Origin: Hemiscyllium ocellatum
Taxonomy: Eukaryota
DNA length: 64,000 nt
Direction: 5' to 3'
Assembly (NCBI RefSeq): GCF_020745735.1
Contig: NC_083417.1
Coordinates: 63,426,001-63,490,000, forward strand
In this document: positions 62,193 through 64,000 of the stretch, piece after piece
How positions within the stretch are numbered: position 1 is the first letter of the stretch
Layout: each line of letters begins with the position of its first letter
Notes under the pieces: model-generated
Seen by the model: the letters and a program-made list of their open reading frames with translations, nothing else
Databases searched by the model: none
What the model was told of the DNA's origin: nothing
Program-made: the position numbers and the translations under genes

Positions 62193-63504
62193 GTAAGTAA
62201 CTGTTTATCCTCGGAGCTCTGAGTTTCCCGCCACCCTCATCTTTAACAAGCTCCGAACACCCGAGTGTCCAGGAGGAATCACTGGAATGATAATTATATT
62301 CGTTTCCATTTCTCCATTTCAGAATAGCTGAGAACAGTTGGAGCTTTATTTTAACCAGATTATAAACAAAAACGACTTGTTTTCAAATCGTTTTGTGTTG
62401 AAGCTATATGTCCACGCAATACAAAACAAACAAACACAGCATTGTGTTCGGTGATACCTGGAGATGGAACCGTGAGGAGAAACAAGCTTGGGCAATGCCC
62501 ATTTAACCGGTCGGAATGAGAAAGGGATCTTCTGTGAAAGTAAAACCAAGTTTTGTCGACTTGGTACATTTGGATTGTTGGAATTGAAATCCAAAATATG
62601 GAGGCTTGACACTAAATTTTATATAGTTGAAATACATTTATGATCTTTTCGTATCTGTTGAAATAGTTTTATGGTTCACATTGGGGTTAATGATTAGAGA
62701 TTTGATTATACTTCGTCATACAGGAATAAGAGTTGTCTGTTTAACTCTCCCAGTTTTTCTTCCAATTCACGAAGTCACAACAGATCTGAAATTTTATGTC
62801 TTGCACTTGATATGTGATCAAGTGTCATTTCCCTGATGCATGTAATATACCAGAGCTGGAAACGCTCAGCAGGTCAGTCAGCACAGGTAGAAGATTAATT
62901 TGAGTAACATTTCAATGATTGCCATCTTTCAATGCAAACTCGCAAAGTTCTAAATTTTAGCACTTTGACACAGAGCAGAAAATAGTGAAAAAGGTCTATG
63001 ATAGCGGGAACACAGAGGGTACGAAAAGATTGGAGAGTTACTCGGAGACAATCAACCAGAGTGGAAAGAAACAATGATCAGAACATGCGCCCTTAAGAAG
63101 GTACGCTGCTGTAATATGAGCAACAAAATGCAAGATTTCTTTCAAGAATTGTTAAACTCATTGTTATGTCCGTAAGAATATAAAGTCCCTAACAGGACAA
63201 TAAGGTACAGTTCCTGCAGCTATCAATGAGCTTTACTCGAACCTAGCGAACATCGAGAAGTCAGTGTGAAGGTCTGATATCTCCAGAGAGCTGGAAATCG
63301 TGCTTACAAACATTTGAACATTGACATTAGCCGTGTTTCTTAGAATAATCGAGTCCAGAATAAAATGTCTGACATTTTTGTTTTCTACAGTTGAACAGTA
63401 ATTCCTATATTGAAGAACTTAAGATTAATATTATTGAATGTAAAACAGTATTTTTTTGTCCGAGTATTGTTTCAATAAAAACAGCATGGTGAAAAATACC
63501 TCAC

Positions 63505-63553
63505 GCATTACTCCGAGGAATAGGAGCAAGATTTTCTCGATTTCTGAACTCAT
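63505..63553 (-). CDS. Candidate distal/alternative leader exon
   Basis: MSSEIEKILLLFLGVM, C|gtgagg, phase 1, so compatible with the V exon. Confidence 0.45.
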
Positions 63554-63649
63554 GATTATTCCTTATCCAATACTGCTAAAACAAAATCTGGAGATTATCT
63601 GCATTAATTGTGGGTCTCTATCGTTCACAATTTGTTAACAGCGTATGTT

Positions 63650-64000
63650 AACAGAGACTACACTATAGGACAAATCCAGCAGAGTTGGCAGAGCTCTTGT
63701 ATACAGTCAAGGTAGAATTGCTCTGGGAGTCCTCAACTTTGACTCAGGACCTCATTGCTTCAGTTTAAGTAAGGGCAAGGAAACTCCTGCTGGTTACCAT
63801 GTACCATCATCTCTCCCCGACCACCCCCCGCTACGACTACCCACTCCGCCCAACACCGTCTCCCCCCCCCCCCCCCCCCCACCCCACCCCACGTCCAGCT
63901 AATAAATCAGTACTCTTCAATGTTGAATGAAACTTGGAGGAAGCACACAGGCAAGGACACAAAATGTACTCTTGGTGGTGGATTTCAATGTTGACCACTA
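63650..64000 (+). mobile_element. Crack/L2-group LINE endonuclease fragment running off the window, interrupted by a C-rich tract
   Basis: LLVTMYHH...SVLFNVE..LEEA...QNVL...DFNV motif; 19-nt poly-C at 63862-63880. Confidence 0.7.

Noticed and set aside
62346-62612. Minus-strand V-domain-like reading (C...WFYF...RLNG...SL...AVFVC)
   Set aside because: Cys-Trp spacing is non-canonical, there is no A/B-strand region or phase-1 acceptor, and the middle looks like a separate 74-nt exon flanked by T-rich intron.
63825-63895. C-rich tract as a regulatory G-quadruplex for the distal leader
   Set aside because: It sits inside a decayed LINE and is most simply a homopolymer expansion; a similar tract at 28655 is intergenic.

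Overview
Repeat-dense vertebrate genomic DNA. The repeat families (HER1-type CR1 LINEs, V-SINEs, Penelope-like elements) point to a cartilaginous fish, probably a carpet/bamboo shark (inference). The main gene is a complete minus-strand, non-rearranging immunoglobulin-superfamily receptor at about 55.5-61.8 kb. It has a leader, a V domain with a germline-joined J-like motif, a C1-set domain, an Arg-containing TM segment and small cytoplasmic exons, giving a predicted 268 aa. A 97.7% identical paralogue of its leader and V exons lies 61.2 kb away at the window start; the rest of that gene is outside the window. The roughly 55 kb between the two genes contains a nearly intact young CR1 LINE, older CR1 and Crack/L2-group LINE debris, Penelope-like elements with inverted termini, and many short palindromic Penelope-derived elements carrying minimal hammerhead-ribozyme-like cores and 12-16 bp target-site duplications. 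It also appears to contain two heavily decayed USP16/USP45-like deubiquitinase pseudogenes on the plus strand. All alignments were done by eye and TE boundaries are approximate.
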